Made by a program: the position numbers and the translations under genes
The notes under the pieces: generated by a model
The model's input: the letters and a program-made list of their open reading frames with translations, nothing else
The model's database searches: none
Told to the model about the DNA's origin: nothing
Sequence record: OR670491.1
Length of the DNA: 64,000 nucleotides
Reading direction: 5' to 3' (one strand)
Shown: one piece after another, positions 48,462 to 58,934 of the stretch
Numbering within the stretch: the first letter of the stretch is position 1
Layout: every line of letters begins with the position of its first letter

Positions 48462-48908
48462 ATGTTTTTTAATCCAGTACCTTTTTTTAATTTGTTAGGT
48501 GTAACATCAATCCCAGATTTAAAGATTGGTGAAGATTATTCTAATAATTACATACTTGCCCTGGAAATTGAATCGGATGATTTCAACTGCTATGTAACAT
48601 ACGATGCAAATGAAAATTCAGTAGCGGAACTGGTATTTGTATACATATATAACGTTTATAGCGGTGATGGCACTGGGGTTAAATCAGTTGAGGTTGAATC
48701 ATATGGCATCAAAGGTTCATTGATATTGAATGAAAACAACGTCGAATTCAATCTGGATGATTACAGTACTGAAGAAGCATTGTTTCAACTTAGTACTATC
48801 CAAGATTGCTGCTTAACTTTGAAAGATATAAAAGAATTCAAAGAACAGGTTGACAGTGTATATGAGATGTTATACAATGCTTATCCTGAATTTGAGATTA
48901 GAAGATAA
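48462..48908 (+). CDS. EExxFQxS-motif family protein
   Basis: STEEALFQLSTIQD. Confidence 0.75.
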   Translation: MFFNPVPFFNLLGVTSIPDLKIGEDYSNNYILALEIESDDFNCYVTYDANENSVAELVFVYIYNVYSGDGTGVKSVEVESYGIKGSLILNENNVEFNLDDYSTEEALFQLSTIQDCCLTLKDIKEFKEQVDSVYEMLYNAYPEFEIRR

Positions 48909-48917
48909 GGTATAAAA

Positions 48918-49178
48918 ATGACTAAAGTAGTTCGCAAACGCCACATGATGAACATGGATGAATTCCGTACTTTTGACAAATATCGTACAATGTTCCGTAT
49001 GCTGTCTAAGGGCCACCCTATTGTTATTGTAACTGAAAGTTACATGTCACCAGAGATGATGTTTGGAAACTATGAAAAGGTCTTTATGCTTTATGTGAAG
49101 CGTGAACTTCTAACTATTAAAACATTAGCAGAAGCCACTGATGAAGATATGGATGGTGATAATACATTCACCATGTGA
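48918..49178 (+). CDS. hypothetical protein
   Basis: AAGG RBS. Confidence 0.65.
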   Translation: MTKVVRKRHMMNMDEFRTFDKYRTMFRMLSKGHPIVIVTESYMSPEMMFGNYEKVFMLYVKRELLTIKTLAEATDEDMDGDNTFTM

Positions 49179-49513
49179 GGATGTTATGCAAGATAAACCG
49201 AAAGAACCACTTGACCGTGACGATGATTTCTATGATGAACGATACGGAGAGAAAGATGAATGAGCATAATGCAGTACTGAAAAAGATTATGTCAGAACTT
49301 GGCAGTGAGCTTGCTGTAACTGAAGAAGAATACCAATCATGGAAGAAAGATTTCGAACAACTTCCTGAACATGATAAAGTGTTTAATCTTCTTGGCGTAA
49401 TCAGCCAGTACTTACTAAGTGCAGGTGAAAGTAAAGCAGCATCTTCAATCCTTGCATCTGCAATCATTTGTACTTCACGTTGGTGTGACGAAAAATCTCT
49501 GGATGATTTCTAA
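49175..49513 (+). CDS. hypothetical protein (start uncertain)
   Basis: ORF in the operon. Confidence 0.55.
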   Translation: MRMLCKINRKNHLTVTMISMMNDTERKMNEHNAVLKKIMSELGSELAVTEEEYQSWKKDFEQLPEHDKVFNLLGVISQYLLSAGESKAASSILASAIICTSRWCDEKSLDDF

Positions 49514-49565
49514 ATACTGTGCTATAATGAATTTATAGTACAACAATATAAAAAAAGGATTTTAT

Positions 49566-51455
49566 ATGAAACCAATCAGAGTACTGTCACTTTTTAATGG
49601 AATGAGTGTGGGATACATGGCACTTCAAGATGCTGGTATCCCAGTTGAAACGTATTACTCTTCCGAAATTGATAAGTATGCTATTGCTGAATCCCAAGAG
49701 AATTTCCCTGATATTATCCAACTAGGTGACGTTACCAAGTGGAAGGATTGGGATATTGAATGGGATAAGATTGACCTCCTTATGGGAGGGTTCCCGTGTT
49801 TCCCTGAAGGAACAATGATAATGACCGACAAAGGTCACAAAGATATTAAAGACATTCAAATTGGTGACATGGTACTAACTCATACTGGTCAATATCATCC
49901 AGTATTGAGTACAGGTGTTAAAAAAGCCCCTACGCGTATTATTTCAGGGCAAGGACATTTACCTATTGAATGTACTGATAATCACCCATTTTATTCTAGA
50001 AAAATGTCGTCTAGCTGGAATAACAGCATTAGACAATATGAACGTTCCTTCACTGAACCTGAGTGGATTGAGGCACACGAATTAACATCTGAACATTTTC
50101 TTTGTAATGTTAAATCAATTGAATCAGGTAAATCAACAAAAGATGAAAAATTCTGGTATTTTATGGGCCGCTTTATGGGTGATGGATGGACTTATAAAGT
50201 AAAGCGAAATAATAGAAAGAATAGTTACCAGTATAGAGTTTTCATCTGTTGTGCACATGATGAATTTGATGAATTGATTTCATGTTTTGAAGGTATGAAC
50301 ATGAAATATAATTATGTCAAAGAAAGAACATCATATAAATTTTATATATGTTCAAAAGAACTAGTTGAATTCTGTGAACAGATGGGTAAAGGTGCATCTA
50401 ATAAGAAAGTTCATCCTAATTTATTCAATGAATGTGTACAGAACCAGAAAGCATTCATTGATGGATATTTTGACGCAGATGGTCATGTTGATAGTAATTG
50501 TTATAAATTCACAACAACATCAATAGACTGCGTATTAGGTGTCCAACAATTAATAATGAATGTTTACGGAAGACATTCCAACATAAGCCTTACAGAACCA
50601 GAAAAAACTAAAGTTATTGAAGGACGAATTGTAAACCAAAAACCGTATTATGTTTTATCATATAAAAAAGACCAACCTAAAAAAGAGGAAGCTTTTTATG
50701 AAGAAAATTATTCATGGGTTAAAGGTGTAAAAACGAGTATTTCTACTGGTGAATGGAAAACTGTATATAATTTTGAAGTTGCCGTTGACAATACTTATAC
50801 CGCAAATAACATAGTTGTTCACAATTGTCAAGCCTGGTCGGTTGCAGGTAAACAGGGTGGAATAAATGATCCAAGAGGAATGTTGTTCCATACAATGGTT
50901 GATATTTACGAGCACATCAAAAGTCTCAATCCAGACTTGAAAGTACTGTTCGAGAATGTTAAAATGAAAGACGATTTCAAGCAATACATCAACAGTATTC
51001 TTGATATGACACCAGTACTGATAAATTCCCATAATTACACGCCTCACTTCAGACAACGTTATTATTGGTACAGTTCTGATAAATTACTAACTCCACCTGC
51101 ATTAATGAATGCACCTGTGCTTCAGGACATTCTGGATGATGGTTGGTATACTGACCGTACCGCTTCGTACTGTATAGATGCCAACTACTTTAAGGGTGGT
51201 GATTGTAATCAATACTTCAATAAGTCCAGGCGACAATTGGTGTTCAAGAACCCTGATATCAATCGTCAGTACTTACTTGAGAATGGTAAAAGAAACATTG
51301 ACTACCGTCACTTAAGTGTAGTAGAATGTTGTAAATTGCAAGGTGTACCAACTGATTATTTCAAGTTATCTAGTAATACACAGGCATATAAAATGCTAGG
51401 GAACGGTTGGACAATGCCAGTCATTTCACATTTGCTTAAAGAGATATTCTTTTAA
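49566..51455 (+). CDS. DNA (cytosine-5)-methyltransferase containing an intein
   Basis: Motif I VLSLFNG, SSEID, GDV, motif IV GGFP|CQ, motif VI FENV, RQRYYW, motif X YKMLGNGW. Confidence 0.92.
   Translation: MKPIRVLSLFNGMSVGYMALQDAGIPVETYYSSEIDKYAIAESQENFPDIIQLGDVTKWKDWDIEWDKIDLLMGGFPCFPEGTMIMTDKGHKDIKDIQIGDMVLTHTGQYHPVLSTGVKKAPTRIISGQGHLPIECTDNHPFYSRKMSSSWNNSIRQYERSFTEPEWIEAHELTSEHFLCNVKSIESGKSTKDEKFWYFMGRFMGDGWTYKVKRNNRKNSYQYRVFICCAHDEFDELISCFEGMNMKYNYVKERTSYKFYICSKELVEFCEQMGKGASNKKVHPNLFNECVQNQKAFIDGYFDADGHVDSNCYKFTTTSIDCVLGVQQLIMNVYGRHSNISLTEPEKTKVIEGRIVNQKPYYVLSYKKDQPKKEEAFYEENYSWVKGVKTSISTGEWKTVYNFEVAVDNTYTANNIVVHNCQAWSVAGKQGGINDPRGMLFHTMVDIYEHIKSLNPDLKVLFENVKMKDDFKQYINSILDMTPVLINSHNYTPHFRQRYYWYSSDKLLTPPALMNAPVLQDILDDGWYTDRTASYCIDANYFKGGDCNQYFNKSRRQLVFKNPDINRQYLLENGKRNIDYRHLSVVECCKLQGVPTDYFKLSSNTQAYKMLGNGWTMPVISHLLKEIFF
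49797..50825 (+). mobile_element. intein (343 aa) with LAGLIDADG homing endonuclease
   Basis: Starts CFPEGT, block B CTDNHPF, LAGLIDADG blocks MGRFMGDGW and IDGYFDADGH, ends YTANNIVVHN followed by Cys+1. Confidence 0.95.
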
Positions 51456-51456
51456 T

Positions 51457-51936
51457 ATGAACTATTTCCAAGACCGTAATAAAATACAAATTGCTCGTAA
51501 TCACAGAGCGAAGAAGGAGACTTTACGTTTCAATACACATTACCCTTTCGTCGGTGACACAGTACTGTATGAATGTTATACAAAAAAGAAAGTGTTTGTT
51601 GGCTCTGGTATTGGTACGGTCTTGGATATTAAACAATATTATTCGGATAAGATGCGTGTCAAATACACCGTACAGGATAATACAACAAACGAAGTATACG
51701 AGGTTATGTACAACGTCCATGTTTATCCATTGGATACGGTTGTTCTACTTACAAGAAGAGAAAAAACTATGTTTTACAGTGGCTATGATAAACTAACTAA
51801 TCAAATTATTCCTAATACTTTAGGTAAATTTAAAACTGACACAGAACAAGCACTCGTTAGTAAACTGGGTGTGGACTGGAAAAAAGAAAATTCTTTTATT
51901 GAAATTCGTCTAGTTGAAGTTACACTAAAAGACTGA
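51457..51936 (+). CDS. hypothetical protein
   Basis: ORF directly after the MTase. Confidence 0.65.
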   Translation: MNYFQDRNKIQIARNHRAKKETLRFNTHYPFVGDTVLYECYTKKKVFVGSGIGTVLDIKQYYSDKMRVKYTVQDNTTNEVYEVMYNVHVYPLDTVVLLTRREKTMFYSGYDKLTNQIIPNTLGKFKTDTEQALVSKLGVDWKKENSFIEIRLVEVTLKD

Positions 51937-51999
51937 TATAATACTATCCACGTATACAATGCGTGGATTTTTTATACCCCCAAAAAAAGGTCAAATTAA

Positions 52000-52452
52000 A
52001 TGAAAATTGATGAGTTGGTGCATTTGCTTCCAAATGTTTACAAGAATGTTTTATTCACTAAAGAACTACATAAGCAAGGTTTCTCTGTTCGCCCAGCATT
52101 ACTTGCATCATCGTATCGATATGTAACAACATATGGAACGGTAGAATTCATTTCATATGACTATGAAGTAGACCCCGATTGTTATACATTATCTATTAGT
52201 ATATACAGTGAAGAGGAAGATTCTGGTCGTGAGATTAAAAATATTTCATATGATACTGATGGACAGTTTAGTCTTGAGTACTGTGATGATAGTATAGAAG
52301 AATTCTATTTAGAAGATGTAAATCGTTTGTGTGATGATGATTTTGTGTTCCAACAATCAACACTAACACCATTGGGTAATACTAATGGTAAAACATGGGA
52401 AACCTGTTTGTATTATCTGCAAGCAATTTGCACAGCTTTTAAGGGGGTTTAA
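52000..52452 (+). CDS. EExxFQxS-motif family protein (divergent)
   Basis: LCDDDFVFQQSTLT. Confidence 0.7.
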   Translation: MKIDELVHLLPNVYKNVLFTKELHKQGFSVRPALLASSYRYVTTYGTVEFISYDYEVDPDCYTLSISIYSEEEDSGREIKNISYDTDGQFSLEYCDDSIEEFYLEDVNRLCDDDFVFQQSTLTPLGNTNGKTWETCLYYLQAICTAFKGV

Positions 52453-52854
52453 ATGAGTAAGTATACAATAAAAGTAATCTATGAGACTGGTGATACCAGC
52501 AGTAGTAGCATTATCGAAGAAAACATTGACTTACAATGGGAAACCATTGAAGGTGCACGTAATGCATTGCAGGTTCTTAAAGAACACTGGGAATACACTA
52601 TTAGACGAGATAAGTGCCGTACTCGTGATGAAGTCACTGGCCTTGATAGTGAGATGCATACCAAGACTTGGTACTCACCAAGTGGAGGTGAATATCTTTT
52701 TCGAGTGGATGTGGATGGTACAATGTGTTCATGTCATGCACCCTGGGTTGGGTACTTTGAAGTATTGAATAGTGCTGAAGTGGTTCCGGTCGTTGAAGAA
52801 GTAGAGAATCCTGATAAGATCAATTTTGATGCTCTGCGTTGGAATATAAAATGA
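52453..52854 (+). CDS. hypothetical protein
   Basis: GGGG RBS; YETGD...W.GYFE.L pattern. Confidence 0.7.
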   Translation: MSKYTIKVIYETGDTSSSSIIEENIDLQWETIEGARNALQVLKEHWEYTIRRDKCRTRDEVTGLDSEMHTKTWYSPSGGEYLFRVDVDGTMCSCHAPWVGYFEVLNSAEVVPVVEEVENPDKINFDALRWNIK

Positions 52855-53279
52855 CAGTACTGAAAAATCTTGCTAAGATAAAGCACCCTGTTGTCTATGG
52901 ATTGTGGAAAAAAGTAGCAACTGATGTTCCAGACAAAACTTGGCGTGGATTAAGTCGTGTTTTAAGTAATGTTAATGACATGACATATTCAACAAAAGAT
53001 GAACTAGTCATTGACATGCGTTTCCACCCAAAACCCAAACTGAGAATCAAGTACATAATCAAGATTCGTGCAACTTCGTTTGACATTAGTATTGAAAAGT
53101 ATTATGATGGCAATTGGTGGGATGACCCAGTTACAGTAATGTCTATGCTTGAAATGAAGTATGAAAATTTCGAAGAAATGATATTTCAGCACTTGACAAC
53201 GCAACAATATATGGGTATGATAGGTACTCAAGAGTTAGAGATGATTAACGAAATTCGTGACATTTACTTCAAGGAGTAA
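52851..53279 (+). CDS. EExxFQxS-motif family protein (divergent)
   Basis: NFEEMIFQHLTTQQ; ATGA-coupled start. Confidence 0.7.
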   Translation: MTVLKNLAKIKHPVVYGLWKKVATDVPDKTWRGLSRVLSNVNDMTYSTKDELVIDMRFHPKPKLRIKYIIKIRATSFDISIEKYYDGNWWDDPVTVMSMLEMKYENFEEMIFQHLTTQQYMGMIGTQELEMINEIRDIYFKE

Positions 53280-53608
53280 TAATGCCAATACGTAACAGTA
53301 CTTCACGATTTACACTACAACAGAAAGCAGATCTTCTTAATATGGTAAACAAAGAACCGGACTATCATTATCTGGTAATTGGTGGACGTGTTGAGAAGAT
53401 CAATCTTAAAGAATGTTTAAAGTAAGGGGTTAACAATGAGCTTGTCTGAATCATGGAATCAATTTAAAGAAGAAATCGGTTATTCACCAGTTAAGATTGA
53501 AGAAATCAATCGTACTGAAAGTATCAAAGCAAGTACTAATGGTACTACGTATGACCGTTATGACCCAAAATATGGTCTTCATGAAGAAATCACCAAGGAC
53601 AAAAACTA

Positions 53609-53752
53609 ATGGTTTACACTAACATCTTTAGTGGTTTAAAACGTAAATTCGAAAATGGTGTTGGTTATGCTTCAAGTGATGGTGGTGTAACCTGGGTTAA
53701 GAACAATACACCTGAAGGTCTGATTAAGAATCTTCCTTACTATAAAGCTTGA
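53609..53752 (+). CDS. 47-aa protein with a single Asp-box
   Basis: Hand-translated MVYTNIF...ASSDGGVTWVK...; below the ORF-track size cutoff. Confidence 0.5.
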   Translation: MVYTNIFSGLKRKFENGVGYASSDGGVTWVKNNTPEGLIKNLPYYKA

Positions 53753-53783
53753 CATGTAAATCGGGAGTACGTATAATACTCCC
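53749..53783 (+). promoter_or_regulatory. sigma70-like promoter with inverted repeat around -10
   Basis: TTGACA-17-TATAAT; GGGAGTA/TACTCCC. Confidence 0.75.
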
Positions 53784-53810
53784 ATATTAATCCAAAATGA
53801 GGTATGCAGA

Positions 53811-54368
53811 ATGGCTGGTATCGATAAAATTTGTGAATTCAGTGGTGATTATGAACCAATGGGAATGTACGAAGCAAAGCGTAACCATATTCAAGTACTG
53901 TCAAAGTACCGTAAAGAATTTCGTGGAGCAGAAGCTACTCTGTACATTTTTGAAGGTGATTTACATGAGGTAAGTCCAGGAGGTTCATATTGGAAAGCTG
54001 AACTGGATGCTATCGTTTCACAACCAACCGAAGAGGATTGGAATAGTGGCAACGGATACCGTTATGGTCTTTATGAATATGGTCGCCGTAACATTTATCA
54101 GGTATTCTTCGATAACTTAGCTGGCTATAAGAAATTTGCTAAAAAACAACGCAATTTGCGTGTTATCCCAGAATACACATATGTTCTATCCGTTCCGTCA
54201 GTCCCTGGTAAAGTGGGTGGTATTTATATTAACAATACCTTTGCAATTAGCGATGTTAAACGCCGAATGAAACGCTTAATCGGTAAAAATTTGAAGATTA
54301 AAAAAGTACAAGGTGATGCATACGATTATGCACGTAACTATCTCCAACATGTTATGGTAACAGAATGA
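53811..54368 (+). CDS. hypothetical protein
   Basis: GAGG RBS after the promoter. Confidence 0.75.
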   Translation: MAGIDKICEFSGDYEPMGMYEAKRNHIQVLSKYRKEFRGAEATLYIFEGDLHEVSPGGSYWKAELDAIVSQPTEEDWNSGNGYRYGLYEYGRRNIYQVFFDNLAGYKKFAKKQRNLRVIPEYTYVLSVPSVPGKVGGIYINNTFAISDVKRRMKRLIGKNLKIKKVQGDAYDYARNYLQHVMVTE

Positions 54369-54559
54369 ATACACTAATCTTTATTAAAGATGTAGTACTT
54401 GCATTTTTGTTAACAATCGGTCTAGTTTTGATTGGTCTTATCCCACTGATTATATATCTATTAATGGGTGGTACAGATCCAGACGCGGATTATTGTTTAC
54501 GAATTTTGGGATTTGTTATCGTTGTTTTATTGATGGGTTACGTGTGTAACAGGAAATAA
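54365..54559 (+). CDS. small membrane protein
   Basis: Two TM segments. Confidence 0.6.
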   Translation: MNTLIFIKDVVLAFLLTIGLVLIGLIPLIIYLLMGGTDPDADYCLRILGFVIVVLLMGYVCNRK

Positions 54560-54560
54560 T

Positions 54561-55367
54561 ATGGATATAGAAGAACTAGTTCTCAGTGAGTTCCGAAAAT
54601 ACATTGCATCTTGTGACCGAAGTGTGATTCGTTCATTCAACGAATACTTATTAAAATACAATGTATTAATGTTTGTTCCTATGTTTTTAGATGACAAAAG
54701 TACAGAGGAAGATGTTCCAAAGACTTTGTATATAGCCTTCTGTCATCGTAAATTGAATATGGATGAGTACGAGCACGCCGACATATGGACGGAAACAGAT
54801 GCGAACGAAACGAATACATTTTATTTGTATTCACCTTTAGCTAATGTTGTATACACTACTGAAACTAAGGCACTCTTTATCGAATCGTCTAAGATAGAAC
54901 CCATTTATCTTGAGCCAGTACCATTCAGTACTGTTGATAAGTTTCCTAAAGTTGGTGAATCACCAGACGGCTTAATGGAGTATCTAGTACTGGATTATAT
55001 GGAGTGCGATAGGATAACTTCAGAAGTAGAGGAACTAATTACATCTACCATTAATGTATTAATGACTAAATCATTAGAAGTGTATGATATATATCAAGAT
55101 ATTCATGTAACATCAAAATGTATACCTACTGGTGAATGTACATCGGTGATTAAGTTCAATGCAGAGATCTTAGGATTCGTTCGTTGTAAAGGTTATGATT
55201 TGTACAATCGTGAAATCTATGTCTTTGATAAGACTAAATGGAATGATTTGATGCAATTAATTGTAGACAACAGTGGTGTACGTGATATAATTCATTCATC
55301 AGTTCATGTGATTGATGTTACTAAAGACTGCGATGTATATTTCAAAATACCACTTTCAAAGAAATAG
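54561..55367 (+). CDS. hypothetical protein
   Basis: AGGA RBS. Confidence 0.7.
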   Translation: MDIEELVLSEFRKYIASCDRSVIRSFNEYLLKYNVLMFVPMFLDDKSTEEDVPKTLYIAFCHRKLNMDEYEHADIWTETDANETNTFYLYSPLANVVYTTETKALFIESSKIEPIYLEPVPFSTVDKFPKVGESPDGLMEYLVLDYMECDRITSEVEELITSTINVLMTKSLEVYDIYQDIHVTSKCIPTGECTSVIKFNAEILGFVRCKGYDLYNREIYVFDKTKWNDLMQLIVDNSGVRDIIHSSVHVIDVTKDCDVYFKIPLSKK

Positions 55368-55375
55368 GTAAACAT

Positions 55376-55648
55376 ATGAAGATTCTTGAAGTTTTACATA
55401 CTTACATGGCACAGAGTACTCTTTACATTGGTAATGAGTTCAGTCCAGATCCACTTGACATGTTAGAACGTGTTAAAGCGATTTACCCTCAACTCGCGTC
55501 AAAAGAAGCGTTCGAACGTGAGATTGTACTGAATACTGACAATAAAGTACTCGATGACCAAGTTCAACAAGATGTAATTAATCTCTTGACAAAGAACGGA
55601 TATGTAGAGTATAATCCTTGTACTGTAATCATTGACTGTGAGTTATAA
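55376..55648 (+). CDS. hypothetical protein
   Basis: C-terminal VINLLTKNGY is shared with 55916..56212. Confidence 0.7.
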   Translation: MKILEVLHTYMAQSTLYIGNEFSPDPLDMLERVKAIYPQLASKEAFEREIVLNTDNKVLDDQVQQDVINLLTKNGYVEYNPCTVIIDCEL

Positions 55649-55649
55649 T

Positions 55650-55916
55650 ATGAGTACTAAAGCTGAAATGAAAGAACGTTTGGTTCTTCTAAAAGAAGAA
55701 CGTCGTATTGTACGTCTGGATTGGGATATTCTCAATGCTAAAGATGATCAGTCCTATGCAACATGGAGCAATGAGAAGGTTCGTAACGAGCGTTCTAAAG
55801 AAGATAACAAACAGTTCATGGCATTGTCCAAACGTCTATCTTCATTGAACAGTGAGATTCGTGGCCTTCAGCGTAACATCACTGATATTCTTCTAGATGA
55901 AATGAAGGATCTCTAA
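55650..55916 (+). CDS. coiled-coil hypothetical protein
   Basis: Heptad pattern. Confidence 0.7.
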   Translation: MSTKAEMKERLVLLKEERRIVRLDWDILNAKDDQSYATWSNEKVRNERSKEDNKQFMALSKRLSSLNSEIRGLQRNITDILLDEMKDL

Positions 55917-56212
55917 TGAATAAACATGAAGTATTAGTTCTGGATGGGACATTCTTTGTCCCTACCGAAGATGCACTGAATTGTTATGACCTAATCAATA
56001 AAGTTATGGCAGCAACTAAAACATGTTGCCGTCAGACACCAGGTGAATACGAGTTCAGTCAGATGAATGGCTTTATTCGTTACCAAGAAAAAGATCATTT
56101 TGAAGTTGATAAGCAAAAAGTTATTGACATTCTGAAAAAGAACGGATATAATGAATGTATAAATAACGATACGGATTTACCAGTTGTTCGAGTTCTTTTG
56201 AAAAATACATAA
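55916..56212 (+). CDS. hypothetical protein
   Basis: C-terminal VIDILKKNGY. Confidence 0.7.
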   Translation: MNKHEVLVLDGTFFVPTEDALNCYDLINKVMAATKTCCRQTPGEYEFSQMNGFIRYQEKDHFEVDKQKVIDILKKNGYNECINNDTDLPVVRVLLKNT

Positions 56213-56219
56213 AAAACTC

Positions 56220-56247
56220 TGGACAAAACCTGAAGTACTGATATAAT
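56220..56247 (+). promoter_or_regulatory. sigma70-like promoter with AGTACTG next to -10
   Basis: TGGACA...GAAGTACTGA-TATAAT. Confidence 0.65.
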
Positions 56248-56331
56248 GTATGTCATCGGCAGATACAAAAATGCAATCCATTCCTCAATGATGAGGACTT
56301 TCATAAAAAAGAAATAAAAGGGTATTATAAA

Positions 56332-56535
56332 ATGGCTAAAGAAACTAACGCACAAGTACTAGACGTAACCGACTTCGACCGCACTGTGAACTACATCAAG
56401 TTCCAGATTTCTCAAGCTGAAGAAGCTCTGGCTGAATTCCACGGTACTGGTGCAAGGCCAATCCGCTTTGCTCATCTAATCTCTTGGAAAAAATCTCTCC
56501 AAGAAGAACTAAAACGCCTAACTCACGGCGAATAA
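56332..56535 (+). CDS. small highly expressed hypothetical protein
   Basis: Strongly biased codons; own promoter and terminator (GCCCTGTCA-TA-TGACGGGGC-TTTT). Confidence 0.75.
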   Translation: MAKETNAQVLDVTDFDRTVNYIKFQISQAEEALAEFHGTGARPIRFAHLISWKKSLQEELKRLTHGE

Positions 56536-56603
56536 GTATTAACCGTCGCCCTGTCATATGACGGGGCTTTTTAATCACAATCAAATCCTAAAGGTAAAAA
56601 TCA

Positions 56604-57080
56604 ATGGGTATCGAATATATGTTTCTCTTCTTCTGCTTAGGTACACTGGCAGTGATTACATCAGGGTTAGTACTGAACACTTTAATCAGTGGTTCGAAGT
56701 ACTTTGTTACATTCCAATTGCTCATGTCTGCGACTCAATATAACAAAACATCTGAAGAAACTATTTCTTTACTACTCGAAAAGGTTTCAGCAAATTTAGT
56801 GGTTGCGAGTTTGTCATCGACTGAATCCAGAATTGAGTTTATGGATATAAATACAAACGAAGTAGTTGCAGAGATTTTTATTGGTAACAAATATTATTTC
56901 TATGGTACATTACAAAAATACTATGGAAAAACAATGACTGAATTATCAAGAAAACGCCCAGCAATCAAAACACTGAAACGTATTATCAAGTTGGAAAAAC
57001 AACTACTAGGTGACCGCACCGAAAATAAAGAACCACCAGTACAAAATAATAAAAAGAAAAATGTTGTGGAGCTACAATAA
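56604..57080 (+). CDS. membrane-anchored hypothetical protein
   Basis: N-terminal TM. Confidence 0.65.
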   Translation: MGIEYMFLFFCLGTLAVITSGLVLNTLISGSKYFVTFQLLMSATQYNKTSEETISLLLEKVSANLVVASLSSTESRIEFMDINTNEVVAEIFIGNKYYFYGTLQKYYGKTMTELSRKRPAIKTLKRIIKLEKQLLGDRTENKEPPVQNNKKKNVVELQ

Positions 57081-57373
57081 TGACACCAGAAGAATCCAAA
57101 CGAATATTGATTGATGTTCAAGAAGGTCTACTCAATATTATGGGATTAGTAAAAGATTTACCTCAAGGTTATCAGTTTAAAGTTCGTGAAATGTTATCAT
57201 GTGCAGAGACAGTAGTTTCAATGTATAATGATATTCAGCATGGTACTATCCCTGATATCCTAACTGAAAAATCAGAGAAGATTGAAGTTTTAGAAGTACC
57301 ACCTGAAGTTAAACAAGAACCACTTCCACCACGAACTGTATTAAAAATCGAAGACTTCGATTTAGACGACTAA
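57080..57373 (+). CDS. hypothetical protein
   Basis: GGAG RBS. Confidence 0.65.
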   Translation: MTPEESKRILIDVQEGLLNIMGLVKDLPQGYQFKVREMLSCAETVVSMYNDIQHGTIPDILTEKSEKIEVLEVPPEVKQEPLPPRTVLKIEDFDLDD

Positions 57374-57583
57374 CAGGAGAAATAATGAGTAATCAAACGT
57401 GTGATTTAGTACAAAAACTTTTAGAGATTCAAGCACAAGGAAAGCAGCTTGACGAAAAACGAGCCAAGATGATTGATGACCTATGTGCTTCTATCCTAGC
57501 AGTATTTGCTGATAGCAAGAAAGATTAATCATTATTTTAAATAGCCCAGTCTTAGTACTGGGTATTTTTTTAGGTAAATTATC

Positions 57584-57970
57584 ATGAACAAAGAAGAGAT
57601 CACGAACCTTATTAAATCAATATATGAAGAGGTCCAGGACGCAAAGAATATTTGTCAACACAGAACAGGTTACTCAACCGTAGGTGAAGTAGAAACTTTG
57701 AAGCTTGCGTTATGGACACCTGACCATCTTAACTACGTGGATTGTATAATCCATCGACAAGACACAGGTGGTTATTACTTTATATCCAATTATAACGCAG
57801 ACAAACAATCTCATTTTTATGTGGAGTTTTATCCACATGCGTTTCATCTAGTACAATCCGAAGAGGATGAATTTCAAAAACTCACCACTATAGGAACTGA
57901 TGAGAAATGCATTCCCTTTGAACTCTATGAAAAGATGCAGTACATTACTAGTGTTATGATGGCATATTGA
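57584..57970 (+). CDS. EExxFQxS-motif family protein
   Basis: QSEEDEFQKLTTIG. Confidence 0.7.
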   Translation: MNKEEITNLIKSIYEEVQDAKNICQHRTGYSTVGEVETLKLALWTPDHLNYVDCIIHRQDTGGYYFISNYNADKQSHFYVEFYPHAFHLVQSEEDEFQKLTTIGTDEKCIPFELYEKMQYITSVMMAY

Positions 57971-58020
57971 CTAGTACTGAAAACTGTGCTATTCTTGTGT
58001 TTTAAATAGGAGATATTTTT

Positions 58021-58524
58021 ATGCTCATTACACATGTACCTGAAAGCATTACTGAAATTCTAAACAAAGTTAATGTTAATGAATTTGAACGAACTGTAAG
58101 AAAACATGATACTTACCACTATAAGCACAAAGATGGCGAACACCAAATAAACATAGATCTTAGTTATCAAACACTAACAATTAAAATGGTAACACGTTGG
58201 AACTTTGTTCGCAAAGACAGTATTATGCTTAATTTGGATAAAGGTATTATTAGAAAATTCTTCTCTGAATCAAATGGTATCTATCCAAACAATAATAGAA
58301 TTTTAACATATCAGTACTTAACTGATGAAGCTGTACATTTCCAGGAGAGCTTAATTTGTGATAACAAGTACTTTCCTAGTATGTCTGATGTTTTGAAATT
58401 AAAAGAACTATATGACTATTACTATAATGATACTAACCTTTGGGATGAAGAAATGGAAAAACGTCAAAGGGAACGTAACAAAAATAAAGTCTGGACTGGT
58501 TCACATTGGATGACACGAAAATGA
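58021..58524 (+). CDS. EExxFQxS-motif family protein
   Basis: LTDEAVHFQESLICD. Confidence 0.7.
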   Translation: MLITHVPESITEILNKVNVNEFERTVRKHDTYHYKHKDGEHQINIDLSYQTLTIKMVTRWNFVRKDSIMLNLDKGIIRKFFSESNGIYPNNNRILTYQYLTDEAVHFQESLICDNKYFPSMSDVLKLKELYDYYYNDTNLWDEEMEKRQRERNKNKVWTGSHWMTRK

Positions 58525-58934
58525 ATCAATGCTACGAAATTAATGTAACAAAACCTGAAACAAGCACTTTGGAAGCGTTGGAAGACACATTAACAGTACT
58601 ACAATCTCCTGACAAAGAAACATCATTAGTAACCATTGAATACAAGGATTGTACGGTTGATGCTGGGAAACATCCAGAGTGGAAAGCACACCAATATTAC
58701 TCAATATACATTCGCTATGAAAATTTCATAACTGATATGGCCTACGCAGAGGACTATCTGTTACTGGAGAATCATTTTGTATTCAAACAAAAAGAATACA
58801 TGTATTGTACTCCTGAATATCTCGAAGAAGAAGAATTTCAGTATTCTTTGGTGCAGGATGAAGTTGAGTACAACAAAGTATTAGTACTGTCAAAAATACA
58901 TAAAATACTAAAGGATAAATATGTCACACAGTGA
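58521..58934 (+). CDS. EExxFQxS-motif family protein
   Basis: YLEEEEFQYSLVQD; ATGA-coupled start. Confidence 0.7.
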   Translation: MNQCYEINVTKPETSTLEALEDTLTVLQSPDKETSLVTIEYKDCTVDAGKHPEWKAHQYYSIYIRYENFITDMAYAEDYLLLENHFVFKQKEYMYCTPEYLEEEEFQYSLVQDEVEYNKVLVLSKIHKILKDKYVTQ

